Of a stretch of DNA of 64,000 nt, positions 13,548 through 28,003 are shown one piece after another (position 1 is the first letter of the stretch; each line of letters opens with the position of its first letter). The stretch spans positions 17,484,001 to 17,548,000 of the forward strand of contig OX597839.1 of the NCBI GenBank assembly GCA_951406725.2, in the 5' to 3' direction. This DNA is from Octopus vulgaris. Lineage: Eukaryota. Under the pieces are notes generated by a model that worked only from the letters and a program-made list of their open reading frames with translations, was not told the origin of the DNA and did no database searches. The position numbers and the translations under genes are program-made.

Positions 13548-13919
13548 CTAGCAGTATCGCCCGGCGTTGCTCAGATTTGTAAGGGAAATAACTATAAAGC
13601 ATTTTTAGAGAGTTATAGCAAAAAAATGGGGAAAAAATGATGGTAAATTTTTTTGAGAGTTAAAAAAGGTGGAGTTGCGTCCCCTAGACGGTCTGTGGTT
13701 TGGGTTTCTGATTCTCGACCCCATGTCGAATTTATCGATTTTTTTCAGAACTGGGGGAACTTTTCAAAATTTTCGCTGCGTTAGTTTTGAATTATGACAT
13801 TGGGCTATGTGTGTGTCAAGTTTCATCAGAATCGGTTGAAAGCCGTGGTCAGAGTGAGGGTACGAGAAAACAGACACACAGAAAACGCACAGACAAACTG
13901 CCGTTTATATAGAGAGAGA
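13548..13919 (-). mobile_element. Non-autonomous Helitron
   Basis: 5'-TC...hairpin-CTAG-3' on the minus strand, in an AT target within (TA)n; same family as 5194-5574. Confidence 0.8.
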
Positions 13920-13925
13920 TATATA

Positions 13926-14765
13926 TAGGGTGTGGCAAATATATTGTCATCAAAATTATGCAAAACTGAAAATAACACTCGTATCTCATTTTCTCAGATA
14001 TATTTACCAAAGTTACATAAAAATATCTTGAAATACTAAACAGTAAATTTATTCAATAAAATCACCATTGGCTTCAACCACTGCTTCCATATGACTTCAG
14101 AATCTCCTGCAACTCTTCCGCATGGTCTCCTTGTTTAAGTTGGTCAGTGCTGCCATAATCCTTGCCTTCAGTTCATCTTTGGTGTTACAAGGAGTTTTGT
14201 TGGTCTCTCAGTCAACTGTGCCCCACACATAATAATCAAGGGGGTTGCAGTCTGGGGAGTTAGGTGGCCAGATGTTAGGAGTGATGTGGTCACAGAAATT
14301 GTCTGACAGCCATGACTGGATTCTCCTGCTAGTGTGTAATTGTTGCCAGACACAGGGTCCTGTTGCCAGACATAGGGTCTACCAGCAGCCACCCTCTTCA
14401 CCCAGAGCAGCTCTACTTTGTCCAGGCACTTGAGGTAGACCTTCATGTTGAGTCTGAGGCTCTGTGGGTAGATGAATGGAGACATAACATTGACATTACT
14501 AGTGATCACTCCAAACACCATGATGTTGCCTGGATGTTTGATTTTTATCACATTCACTACATGTCTTGGGGACACGGCATACCAACAGTTGTTCTGTGTG
14601 TTCACCATCTGTTTGTATTAGAGCTTCTGACACAAATGGCAAGCATTACAGCATATCGTTTCGAAATTTCTGGCAGAGTGAATTGTGCCATGGTGCTGTT
14701 TTTCTCACAGACAATGCCCAGCTGACCTTACTGTACTGTGTAGGCAACAAAATAAAAATGTGCAT
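13926..14765 (-). mobile_element. Internally deleted Tc1/mariner-superfamily transposon, DD37D (maT)-like transposase remnant
   Basis: Minus-strand peptides KHPGNIMVFGVIT...GRPYVWQQD and WPPNSPDCNPLDYYVWG...EAVVEANGDFIE*, with stops and frameshifts; TIR-like end ta-tagggtg at 13926. Confidence 0.75.
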
Positions 14766-16960
14766 GCACACACAAACACATACACAAGCGATATACAATG
14801 CTTGAGAAAACCCATCAAGCCAAGTAAAATCATAGTCCTGGCTGATGCCGGTGTCACATAACTGGCACCCATGCCAGTGGCACATAAAAAGCACCTTTCA
14901 AGCCTTGGGCCTCTTGGAAGCAATGTGGTTGATGTTGGTGTCACTTAGCCAGTACTCATGCCGGTGGCACATGAAAAGCACCTTTCGAGCATTGGGCCTC
15001 ATGGTGGTTCCCCAGTACAACTGCAATCTAATGATTATATTAACCATTCATAGAAACTTACTGCTTACACAAGATGCTGGATAATATCCATAGACTCAGT
15101 TGACTTGAAAGTCTGACGGCAGATGGTTCTAATAGGACACTATAGAGCAGATATACCTAAGGATCCTATCCCCATAACCCTCCCAGAAATATTGGGTGGA
15201 AATGATGGATGGATAGTAATAATATATTACATGTTGGATATACACACACACTCATATAAAACAGTTGCATACAGAATATATATTTTATAGTAGTAATATA
15301 TTAATAATAATTTGTATATAAATGTGTTTTTTATTGTTTGGTTATGCTACAAATAATTTTAAATCAAACTGAAGAATTACTAAGTACTCTTTTCTAGAGT
15401 ACATTTTTATTATTGTTTTACAAAGAAGAAGGTGTGTGTGTTTGTGCAAATACATATATATATATATATATATATATAGTTGTCATATATAGTGAACTGG
15501 CAGAATTGTTAGCAGGTCAGGATTTTATCTGTCTTTATGTTCTGAGTTCAAATTCCACCAGCGTCAACTTTGCCTTTCATCTTTTGAGAGTCGATAAAAT
15601 AAGTACCTGTTGAACACTGGCATTAATTTAATCGACTTAATCCCTCCCCACCAAAACTGCTAGCCTTGTGTTAAAATTTGAAACCAATATATCATATACT
15701 AGTAATATATTGTGTGTGTATAGAGAGAGAGAGAGAGAGACTCGTCATATATATGGTAGCAATATATTATATAGTAGTAATACATTATATATGATAGTAC
15801 TATATTAAATAAATAGTACTATAATATCATATTTGAATAATTTTTAAACAAAACAAAGCATAAGAAACAATGTGTTTGATCAAAATATTTCCAGTTTTTG
15901 TTTTTTTTTAGTATTTCACTAATAACAAAAAGAAATATAAAAATTAATTCATGAAGCAATGAAATTTGAAGATAAAGAATAACTGTTGAAAGTTATTATA
16001 TGAAATGAAACAAAAACGAAATGAAAATTTCTGCGATCTTTTTTTACATGTGCTAATTATTCGTAATTTAAAACAAAATATTATTTTAGTTAAGAGAGTG
16101 TTTTGAATTTTTATTAAATCATTTTCCTTGACGAACAAGAAAATGAGTTTATATTATTTTCTAGTAACATTTATTTTCTTTTGAATTTTTTTCCTTTCTT
16201 AACTTTCTTTCGTTCAGACTTCTTTTTCTTTCTTTCACTCATTCTTTTTTCTTTCTTTCAAAATTTTTTTCTTGTTTTAGTTACAAGAAAGCAAAAGCCA
16301 AACAACAACAACAACAATAATAATAATGATAAAATGCAAATGTAATTGTAAAATCAGATTGCATCAAGACATTTTATAACGTAATTTAATAATGTTATTT
16401 GCTGTCTCTTAAGAACTAAATTAATCTAAATTACATTTTAAAAAATAAAATTCTGTTTTTTTTTTTTGTTTTGAAATTATTTAAATTATTTAGATACATT
16501 AACTTTACCAAATATCTCAAACTACAATTCATACATATGTGTATGTATTTGTGTTCATGTATATGTAGTGACAGTGTATTAATGTATATATGTATATGTG
16601 GGGGGTTATGTGTATGAATGCTTATGTGCGTGTGTAGATATATATATATATTTATATATATGTGAGTGTGTGGATATATATATATATTTCTATGTGTGTG
16701 TGCATGAGGTTGGGCTAGTCTTAAATTTCTCTGTCCTCATTTGAATTTTTTTTTCCTTCTTGTTTATGGTTTCTTTTATTCATTGTTACTCTTCCCTTCT
16801 TTCCTCTCCTTCTTTCTCTCTGTTTTTTTCTTTCCCTCTCATTTGAAACAAAACGATATCAGTTGTTTAGTTTTAATTTTGTGTAGATAAGTTGCAGAAA
16901 AAAACGAAATCAAGAATCTCTTTAATATATATATGCATACACACACAAAGAATCACGCAG

Positions 16961-17004
<44 letters not shown>

Positions 17005-17141
17005 ATATACATAAATATATGTATAGAGAGTGTATATATGAATATGTTTGTATAGAGAATGTATATATAAATTTATATATATATATATAGTGTCTGTATA
17101 TATAAATATATATATATAGTATATATGTATATATTACATTC

Positions 17142-17209
<68 letters not shown>

Positions 17210-17939
17210 CTGAGTGTATGTATATATAAATACACATATAGTGTTTGTATATATGTGTGTGTGGGGGGAATTCTTAATTTTGTCTTTTTTTAAATGCATG
17301 ACACACACACATACATATGAGAGGGATGAAGCAAGAGGGGAGATAAAGAGAGAAGAGTGAGAGTGAGTGATTGATTGATTTTTACCTATTTAAGATAATG
17401 TAAAAAAATGGTAAACAAAAATGTTCAATTTTTCATTTGGATTTGAATCCTTCAAACTAGTTTTTACAATGATTTCTCTGAAATTAATTCTGAAATGAAG
17501 GCTTTTAATCATTTGTATTTTAGTAGTTAAATATTTCTGGGGAAAAAAAAAATTTAATTGCATTTTTTTTTTTGGAAATTTTTTTCATTAGCTCTTCTCT
17601 GTTTAAATGTGGGTGGAGTAGGTTTGCTAATATTCAGACAGCCATATGAATTATTGGTTGAGTTGTTTTGTATTCATCATCATCAGTTAACAACCACTTT
17701 TCTTGCTTGCATGTGTCAGGCAGAATTTGTTGAGCCAGGTTCTCTACAGCTCGATGTGCTATCTGTTGTCAAGCCTCAACTGTTTCCAAGCAAGGTAATA
17801 TTTCCCCAAGGACAGATATGTTTTACATAGAACACTAGAACTGAGTAACACGGCTTGTATAATAATAATAATAATGCTCATTTACAGTGTTCATATAATG
17901 TCTAGACATGGACACACACGCACACATATGTATGTATGC

Positions 17940-17985
<46 letters not shown>

Positions 17986-18299
17986 AAAAATATGTATATA
18001 TATGTATGTATAAATATATGTATATATACATATATACATATATATATAAATATTCGTATATATATATATGTGTGTGTGTGTGTGTATATATAGATGTATA
18101 TACATATGTGTGCGCACACATATGTATGTGTGTGTGTATATATATAGATGTATATACATATGTGTGCGCACACATATATGTATGTGTATATATATGTACA
18201 TGTGTGTGTATATATGTGCTTGTATGTGTGTGTATATACATATATATATATATGCATGCACATATATATTCTTCTACATGTATGTGTGTGTATATATAT

Positions 18300-18369
18300 A
18301 TTTCCACCTCGGCATCCGAAACTCAGAGTTTTATCTTGGCTACCGAATAATTGTCACATATTATTTTAC

Positions 18370-18374
<5 letters not shown>
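18300..18374 (+). mobile_element. Truncated fragment of the 13031-13519 hammerhead repeat family
   Basis: tttccacctcggcatccgaaactcagagttttatcttggctaccgaataattgtcacatattattttacagata between (TA)n tracts; holds only the 3' half of the ribozyme motif. Confidence 0.7.
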
Positions 18375-18416
<42 letters not shown>

Positions 18417-19356
18417 ATGTTGGGATAGTCTTTTTTTTTGCCTAATAAACACACACTATATATTCGTTCTTCACTCATTTATTACTGTTCTTATTCTAAC
18501 TCCTGCTCACTGTCCGGAAATCTTTCATCACCATCTGTGACCTCTTCACTGACACTTTCCATCATTGTGTGTGCTTTTGCAAAACAACCTTCTTATTCAC
18601 ATAGCCATACTCCAGACAAAGTAACTATTTTAAATGGGTTAGTCATTTAAAATAAACTATCTTGTTACCAACCAATATGTGACCACCTTGGCTTAAATGC
18701 TACTTTGGAGACATCCATACTTAAATCAAAACTTTCTTCACAATTTTATTTAAGAACAACTTTTTGTTAATATTTATTATAAACACCAAATTACTAAAGA
18801 GAAGTTATTTGTCTTAAACAATATATCCAATAAATTATTGATTATTATTAAAATCAATTTAGTAAATTGACACAATCATATAATATGAGTATTGGATAAA
18901 AAGTTGGGCGATTTATTTAATTATGACTTTTTACTGTGAATTCATGCTGAAGTGAATTCATGCCTCGTATTGTTTTGGGGTAACATTGCCTTGTTTTGGG
19001 GTTGGTGAGCCATCAGAATCATTAGCATGCTGGGCAAAATGCTTAATGGCATTTTTTTCAGCTTTACATTGTGAGTTCAAATTCTGCTGAGGTCAACTCT
19101 GCCTTCATCCACTCGTGATCGATAAAATTATCAGTCAAGAAATTGGCCAGCCTTCCCCTCCCACAAAGTTTCAGGCCTTGTGCATACAGTAATAGGATTA
19201 TTAATCAGCAGAATTTACAGTGTGACTTAAGGGAACTAGAAATCTGTGCACTGCCATTTGTCAAATTTAAGGTAAGTGCCAGTACATGAAACTATCAGTT
19301 ATTGAGTCACTCTGTAACTTCTGCAGATTAATAATAATTTCTTTTATACTGATTAA

Positions 19357-19893
19357 CCTCTCTTTATCCACTCAGTCGAAGTCGACTCTCGGTCACTCTT
19401 TGGATCAGTGTCCTCCAGTCAGTTCTATCGTGGGCCGGTTCTTTCAGATTGGCTATGTCCATTCTGGTATCACTCTTGATGGTGTCAAGCCAGCGGGTTC
19501 TTGGTCAGCCTCTTCCTCTCTTGCCACTGACCATTCTGAGCATGATGTCCTTCTCCAGGGATTTTCTCCGCATAATATGACCGAAATATGCCAATCTATG
19601 CTTGGTGATCCTAGCTTCTAGCGACATTTTCAGCCTGATCTGCTTAAGAACTTCTCCATTGGTGAGCCTCACTATCCATGGAATCCGTAAAAGTCTTCTC
19701 CAACACCAAAGCTCGAATGCATTAATTCTCTTCTGGTCAGCTTTCTTTAGTGTCCAGGTCTCGCATCCATATGCTGCTATTGGGAAGACAATTGCATTCA
19801 CCAATCTGCATTTGGTAGCGAGTCTGATGTCTCTACTCTTCCAGACCCTGCTCATGCTGACCATTGCCTCTCTGCCTAGTACTATCCGCCTAG
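19357..19893 (-). mobile_element. 5'-truncated RTE-clade LINE (C-terminal part of the RT ORF, pseudogenised)
   Basis: Peptide KCRLVNAIVFPIAAYGCETWTLKKADQKRINAFELWCWRRLLRIPW...YFGHIMRR...GKRGRG*PRTRWLD is typical of RTE/BovB ORF ends; 10-bp TSD tactgattaa at 19347-19356 and 19894-19903. Confidence 0.9.
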
Positions 19894-20311
19894 TACTGAT
19901 TAATAATGAAGCAAAATATATAATCATGTTTTGAGTGCTATTTTCCTGTTTGTTTAACCAAACCTATAATGCATGTTAGATATGAAGGGATTGAAGTACA
20001 GCACCACCAACAACATCAATAAGTACTCCCACCACCACAGCCACATAAACATTGCATTTCATTTTAACTATGGATAATCGTTGATGGATTAACTCGACAT
20101 ACTTCAGTGTATCTAACTGAGATCATCAACTTGTGATATCTTGGGTGACATTTCTTGAAGAATTAAAAATTCCTCATTCGCTAAAGTAATGTTTAGTTTC
20201 TGAATCTGAAACTAAATATCAGGTTTCTATGAAAACTCCTTGGCTTTTGGAGACATTTATTATATTATATATATTTTTTCTAATACGGATTATTATTGTT
20301 GTTGTTGTTGC

Positions 20312-20360
<49 letters not shown>

Positions 20361-21282
20361 GTATCTCAGTGTTAAATTTATATATACACATGCACATACA
20401 TATGCATATACACATATATATCCATCTATGAATATGTGAGTATGTATGTATATATACATATATATATACTCATGTGCACACACTTAAATGTATATGTATG
20501 CATATATGCATACGTATATGCAGATATATATCATCCCAAAAGCAATTTCTTCATTACATGTTAAGTCTAGTTACATGAGCAATAACAACGCAGCTTCTGA
20601 CTGAAATTGCTCCTGGGAGTATAAGCATGGCTTCTTTATTTCATTAACCAAGGACTCTTTCTCTCCAACACTCATTTACTCATTACTGTCCACAAGGCAC
20701 AAATTTGTTTACATGACTTCAATTCCATACTTATATATATATGTATATATCTGCACAATTTTGTTCTTTTTTTACTTTTCAGAATGTTAAGTGATCTTAT
20801 TCTATAAACAGTATTATTTTTCTATTAAAATGTGAGGTTCCACTTTCCAAAAATTCAGAAATACAGATCTTGATCTTTAAAAATTAGAATTATAGAAGCA
20901 ACTTATTTGGATGATAATGTCCCTTGTCACTATTTATGTATTTCCTCTATTTAGGCAACTCCAGAATAATTAACATAATAGAGCAAAGCTTTGTGAGTGG
21001 ATTTGGTAGATGGAAACCAAAAGAAGTCAGTTATATATATCATCATCGACATCATTTAACACCCATTTTCTATGTTGGCATGGGTTGGACAGTTTGACTG
21101 GAGCTGATAAGGCCAGGGACTGCACAGCTGTCTTTTCTGGCATGGTTTCTATGGCTGGATGCTCTTCCTAACACAACCATATGTATGTATAAATGCATAT
21201 ATATATATATATATAAATAGCATCGTATTTGTATCAATTGCTATTTTCCAGTAAATATTGGTGCCTTGTTGTACCACTCATC

Positions 21283-21320
<38 letters not shown>

Positions 21321-21434
21321 ACACATAAAGGGATATTTAATTTAATAAAAGTAATGAATTTCACCTAGTAGTGTTTTCGGTATGGAAATGACCATATTTG
21401 GTAAATATATATACACACACACACACACACACAC

Positions 21435-21834
21435 TCACCATATTGGACCACTGAACTCTACACGTTTTTTTTTTTTCATTCTCTCTTTGTTTATTTCTTC
21501 TTATTCCTTTCTGTTGAAGAACCTAGGCTCGAAATGTAAAAGATTTGTTTCATTTTTCCCAAGCATCAAACTAATACATTTGCTTGTTGTTCATACACCT
21601 GTCTTTGTCTTTTGTTTTTCTATAAATTTCACCACTTGTGTACTGTTGGCGATTTTTTTTTCCTCCGTCTTCCCTTCTTTGGATGCTTCCTTTTCCTATG
21701 TTTCTGACGAAGAGCTCCGCTCGAAACCTTAAACCCTCCTTCTTTCCTTCTTTCCTGAGCGTCCAATAATACTATACTTGTTCCACACCCTCGCGTTGTT
21801 GTGTTTTCTCTTTGTGTTTTCATGTTTGGATTAA

Positions 21835-21836
<2 letters not shown>
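21435..21836 (+). mobile_element. Two head-to-tail ~200-bp hammerhead-bearing short repeats (Penelope-like solo termini or retrozymes)
   Basis: Both units start tcacca (21435, 21629), are pyrimidine-rich and carry a hammerhead-like motif; the pair is followed by (TA)n. The first unit is homologous to 34080-34268. Confidence 0.65.
21700..21734 (+). ncRNA. Minimal type-I hammerhead ribozyme motif (helix III mutated)
   Basis: GTTT-CTGACGA-A-GAGC-TCC-GCTC-GAAA-CC-TT-AAAC: canonical CUGANGA and GAAA boxes, helix I GTTT/AAAC, helix II GAGC/GCTC; GAAACCTT in place of palindromic GAAACGTT. Confidence 0.65.
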
Positions 21837-21896
<60 letters not shown>

Positions 21897-21912
21897 CACA
21901 TTCACACATATA

Positions 21913-22257
21913 CAAGGTGCATTTCAGAAGTTTCTAAACTTTTTGAGGAAAGACATTATTAATTTCAGAGAAGTACAAAACTCTAATATCCTTCAAAGTA
22001 GGGTCCTCTGGCTTCATTGCACTTGTTGTAGTGCCCCAGGAACTTTGTAAAAGGCCCCATGGAAGTCCTCCAAAGTGAAGGTGTCCAGGACTCTTGTCAC
22101 AGTCTCCTTCATCTTCAAAATGACTGCCTTTGAGGTTCTCCTTCAGCTTGGGAAACAACCAAAAGTCGCAGGGAGCAAGGCTTGGATTGTAGGGAGGTTG
22201 AGAAACAATTTTGATGCCTGTCTTTGTCAAGTAGTTATCAGGATGGGATGGTGACAT
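21913..22257 (-). mobile_element. mariner 3' remnant
   Basis: Peptide QPPYNPSLAPCDFWLFPKLKENLKG matches the mariner HPPYSPDLAPxD motif; TA plus TIR-like end at 21911-21913. Confidence 0.8.
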
Positions 22258-22685
22258 CGTTCACCCTCACCTGTAAACGAAAGTTCTATAGTTCAGTTAT
22301 TTAATCAGTTTTATTGTCTGACAATAAGTGGAATAATACCATGCTTAACAAAACGTTTGTCTATAATATAAATAGTAGTATCGTGGTTAGCAACACTGAT
22401 TATGATGGTGTATATGTGTTTATATGTGTGTGCCTATACGTGTGTGTGTGGTGTGTATGAGACATTTTGACTCTGCCTATTTGGCATTGGTGATTCCATG
22501 TTGTCTTATTCAACATCAGGCATCTCAAAGTCTGATTTCTCTCATTTTAATCTTTTATTTGTTTTATCTATTTCCCTCCCCTCTCTCCTTCTCTCTATCT
22601 CCCTCTTTCTCTCTTCCTACTTCTCGTTCCTTCCCTCCTCTTTTTCTGTTTATATCGATCAACATCAATGGAATTACAGATGTGA

Positions 22686-22996
22686 TACCAGTGCCGGTGG
22701 CACGTAAGCGAAGCATCCAAACGTGGCCGTTGCCAGTGCGGCTCCGACAGGCCTCGTGCCCATGGCACGTAAAAAGCACCATCCAACTGTGGCCATTTGC
22801 CAGCCTCATCTGGCACCTGTGTCAGTGGCACATAAAAAGCACCCACTACACTCACGGAAGGGCATCCAGCCGTAGAAACATTGCCAGATCAGACTGGGCC
22901 TGATGCAGCCTTCTGGCTTCCCAGACCCCAGTTGAACCGTCCAACCCATGCTAGCATGGAAAGCGGACGCTAAAGGATGATGATGATGATGATGAT
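22686..22996 (+). mobile_element. Retroposon family C copy with three internal ~64-bp repeats and (GAT)n tail
   Basis: tggcac(g/a)taa...agca repeated at ~22694, ~22759 and ~22822, followed by the same 3' end as 2961-3203. Confidence 0.7.
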
Positions 22997-24307
22997 GTTT
23001 GTGTAATGTCTCCCTTTCCTTCCTTCACTCTCTCTCTCTCTCTCTTTCACTTATACTCTGTACATGTCCGCATGCTCATCCTTCTGTGTATATATGTTTG
23101 CCTCCAGAACCAAAACATACAAATGCCCAAACAGGCTGAATGTCCTGTAAGCCATGTCAGACCATCAGCATCCAAACAGCTGTGCCAAATTGTCTCATTC
23201 TAGTGTACATGTGTGTGTGTGTATGCTCATGTATATGTCTATGGGTTTGTGTATTATATATATTTGTATGTGTTATATAAAATGATTTTACACACACACA
23301 TATTTGTTTGTTTACATTATGATTTTCAGTTTAAATAAATAAATGAAAGCAATATGGTTATTGATGTTGATGCTGTTGTTAATGTGTGTATTAGTTAGGA
23401 ACAATAGTTCCTAACTAATTGATAGATACTTCAATGTAAGGTAGAATCTTGCAAAAAAATCTTAAAATATGGAAAGAGTATTTGCTTTATACAATAATGA
23501 AATGTTAGAATTTCAATACATGCACACACATATTTGTAAATATATACATATGTAAATATATGAGTGTTTATGTGTATATTTATGTATATGTATGTGTGTG
23601 CATATACACGTGTGTGTGTGTATATATATATATATACACACACATGTATAGGTGAATATATATGCAAATATATATGATATATATATGTGTGTGTGTGTGT
23701 GTGCGCATATATGTATATGTTTCTCTATATGTGTAAATATATATTTATATATATATGCACACATATATATATATATGTATATATTTCTATATATTTGTAA
23801 ATATATGTATGTGTGCATGTTCATATGCACACACACACACATACACACTCACATATATAAAAATGCATAAATATGAACACATACATCTGTATACATCAAA
23901 ATAAATATTTACAAAGGAACAGCTTTTGGGGAGTTTTCTTTTCCATGCTGTGTACTAACAGACTTGCTCAAAAATCTATACTCAGCTCTGTGAATGAACA
24001 CAGAACACACATATTTTACATTTATGCATACATATAAACAAACACACATACACACACTTGCATATAGGTATGCAAGCAAGCTTACAAATATGAAATAAAT
24101 TTGTATTTATATACATATATGTCTACATTCATTCACACACATAATCTCTTGTATACTCATATATACACACCTATATTTTCTTAAATATACTTATTTATGT
24201 ATATATATATGACTGTATGTGCCCATCTACTTGCATATAGATATTTTATACATACACATATATATATGTATGTATATATTGTATGTATATATATGTATAT
24301 AAATATG

Positions 24308-24346
<39 letters not shown>

Positions 24347-24634
24347 ATATGTATAAATATATATATATGTAATGTTCATACACTAAAACATAACCTCACA
24401 CAAACACATACGCGTAGTCTCTCTCTCTCTCTCATCTACTGTTTGTGCATGGAAGATGGACGTTAAATGATGATGATGTGTGTGTGCGTGTGCTCATTTC
24501 TTTCACTCACATACTCCTTCTTAGAAACATGCATGCACACACTCTTTTATTCTCTTTCTCTCTGTCTCACACACACACACACACACATACACACCATATG
24601 CTTTATATGTAAACATATCTTCCAAATTATTTTG

Positions 24635-24669
<35 letters not shown>

Positions 24670-24862
24670 TGCCCCTCCGAAAAATTAAACAATTATTGTG
24701 ATTTAATTGTTTATCTTTTCAACAGTTTAAATTTTCTTCCTTTTTTTTATTTTTTCTTAAACAATTTTCGAATTTCAAATGAAATTTTAGATAATGTATT
24801 ATTGTTTCAAGAAAACAATAGAACACTAGAAACTATGAAAAAGCAACAACAGCAGCTACAAT

Positions 24863-24923
<61 letters not shown>

Positions 24924-25158
24924 GTAAGGATGAAAATTTCATTGTCAGAACAAAAGGAAGTGTAGATATTCTACTTAGCAATTGTGAGGAAAACGTTTTT
25001 TTCCTCTTTATTTGATATATTGTCCTTTACTTATTATTAATCAATTGTCTATTGTTTTAATTAATCAACAAGCCTTAAATATATGCATACCATCATTATC
25101 ATCATTGGCATCATCGTTTAAGCAATATATATTTATACATACATAACTACACACACTC

Positions 25159-25391
<233 letters not shown>

Positions 25392-26642
25392 CATAATTCT
25401 GGCATACAAGTCAAATTTTTCAAGCCAAAATTTACCACCCAAAATAACAGGTTGACTTATACACCAAGACAACTTTGGAGGAGCAAAAATTCCACGTGAA
25501 CTGCAGCACAACTTAGAAAGACAGTGACAATGTTTAATTTTTACACTACATATTCACACTATATACTACATCTACTTATATGTATATTCAAAAATGTATA
25601 TATCCTGTTTTGGAGAATAGTGCATTGAGAAGATGGCAGAGCGTGATTAAAGAATAATCTTGCTATTATTATTGGCTTGTCAGGCAACAGTGTTAAGGCT
25701 CTCCCCATTCACTCAAAAAATCTATTCTCACCAACAGTAGTTGCAATTCTTTAAACTTTTTCCATTCTATTTTACTCTTGCTGCTATACTTTCACTGCAA
25801 ACAATTCCTACACTAATTATTTCACCTAGGTAACGGAAGCTGCATAGCAATTATTTCTTATATTCTTGAAACAGGTAGGGTATCTGAGTGTAGAAAATCT
25901 TCCTTATTAAACTCCATTTGATACAAGCAAGCAAGGAAAGATCGATGTTAAAATGATGATGATGATAATTTTGTGCTTGTTTATGTGTGTGTGTGTGTGT
26001 GTATTTGTATATATGCACATACATACAAGTGTGTGTGTGTGTGTGGTAAGTTTTCTTCCCAACCATGTGGTTCTGGGTTCAATACCTTTATGAGTCACCT
26101 TTAGCAAGTGTCTTCCACTATAGCCCCAGGCCAACCAAAGCCTTGTCAGTGGATATGTTAGACAGAAACCGAAAGAAACCCAATGTATATATGTGGGTAG
26201 ATAGGGTTAAAATCCAAGCTGTGTCCTCTTGAAGCACATCTGCTTATTTCAGTATTCCAAATCTGTATGTTGAGGTATGCATAAGAGTTGAAAAGGCTGA
26301 AAAATATTTTCTGCAGAGTAATAATATCAAAACAGAGGAGTGGAAAAATGTTGGGTATTATTTTTTTCACCATTACATGTGCTTCATTTGCTAATAGAGG
26401 AGTTACAAAATTGTATATAGAGTGAAAAAACTTGTTAGATACTCCTATTAAAACATTTTTAGACAATCGAATAATATTTGATTCTCTGTTTGAAGAATAT
26501 GTAAAAGCAGATATCTTACATGTTTTTCTACTACACATGTATTTCTGTAACTTGTATTGGCAAATGAAACATCTGTAATGGTGAATAAATAATGCCAAAA
26601 ACTTTTCCAGTCTTGTGTGGTTTTCATCTCTCTCTCTGTATG

Positions 26643-26698
<56 letters not shown>

Positions 26699-26700
26699 CA

Positions 26701-27953
26701 CAGGGGTTGGACAAAATAATGGAAACACCTTAAAATTTCAAACAGATTTATTTTAATATGGGGTAGGACGGCCTTTGGCAGTAATTACAGCTTGAATTCT
26801 GCAAGGTATGGACTCATACAAAGTTTGAATTGTTTCCAAAGGAATTTTTGTCCATTCTTCAGCTAAAACAGTCTCTAGTTCTTACAGTGATGATAGTGAT
26901 GGATATCAACCCCTTACTTGTTTTTCTAAAATGCGCCATAAATATTCAATAATATTGAGATCTGGGGACTGTGGTGGCCAGATAAGATGTTCAACTTCAC
27001 TAGAATATTCCTTGTGCCATTCAGTACAACTTTAGCTGTGTGAATTGGTGCATTATCATCCTGAAATATTGCGTTTCCATCAGGAAACAGTTCTGCAACC
27101 ATAGGATGAATTTGATCAGATAAAATGCTTAAATAGTCTTGACTATTAATTTTGCCATGAACAGAAACCATTGGGCTGGCAGATTTCCAAGTTATAGCCC
27201 CCCCACCCGCAGATCATCACAGATCCTCCTCCATGTATAATAGTTGGAAGAAGGCAGTCCGGGTCAAATACTTCTTTTGGCTGTCTCCACAGCCGGTAGT
27301 TGGAAATAAGGTAAAGGATGACTCACTCTAGAAACTAGCATTCTTCCACAGCTCTAGGGACCAATTCTGTAGGTTTTTACTCCACTCTAAACGCTTTGCA
27401 ACATTTGTTTTTGAAAGTAGTGGTTTTCTGATTGCAGCTCTCTCGTGAAATCCAGCTTTGTCCCGGTGAACAGTTTTTGTGAAAACTGGATTCTCGAGAT
27501 GGTCATTAAGCTCTGCAGTAATCTTGGGAGCTGTACTTTTGTGATCCTTTCTAACAATTCGTGTAAGAATCCGACAGTCCCTATCTGAAAGTTCTGGTTT
27601 TCTTCCGGAGTTTTGTTTCGACAAGGAGGTTTTTCCCTCTTTCTCAAAGGCTGTCATTACTTTCGAGACAGTACTTCTTGATACAGCAAACATTTCAGTT
27701 CTTTTTGTTACACTTGTACCTGCCAACAAGCACCAACAATTTGACCTCTTTGAAAGTCCAATAGATCTGTCATTTTAATGAAGTTTAATTACCTTTTTCT
27801 GATGATATCTGAAAAGAAACAGTAATTTTAGCAAAACATATTAAGCAAAACTAATACTAAATCAAAAAACATAAAAATAAACAAGCCTTTAACGGTTTTA
27901 TAAATACTTCAAATTTATGATGCGATGATGCTAGGTGTTTCCATTATTTTGTC

Positions 27954-27957
<4 letters not shown>
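26701..27957 (-). mobile_element. Tc1-like DNA transposon, near full-length, inactive
   Basis: TIRs caggggttggacaaaataatggaaacacct and aggtgtttccattattttgtccaac (outer tip of the right TIR is lost in (TA)n); encloses a transposase pseudogene. Confidence 0.9.
26753..27773 (-). pseudogene. Tc1 transposase pseudogene
   Basis: MTDLLDFQRGQIVGA / LAGTSVTK...VSRSTVSKVM...SGRKPELSDRD...RKPLLS / [13 protein letters not shown] / ...IQAVITAKGRPTPY*; several frameshifts. Confidence 0.85.
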
Positions 27958-28003
<46 letters not shown>

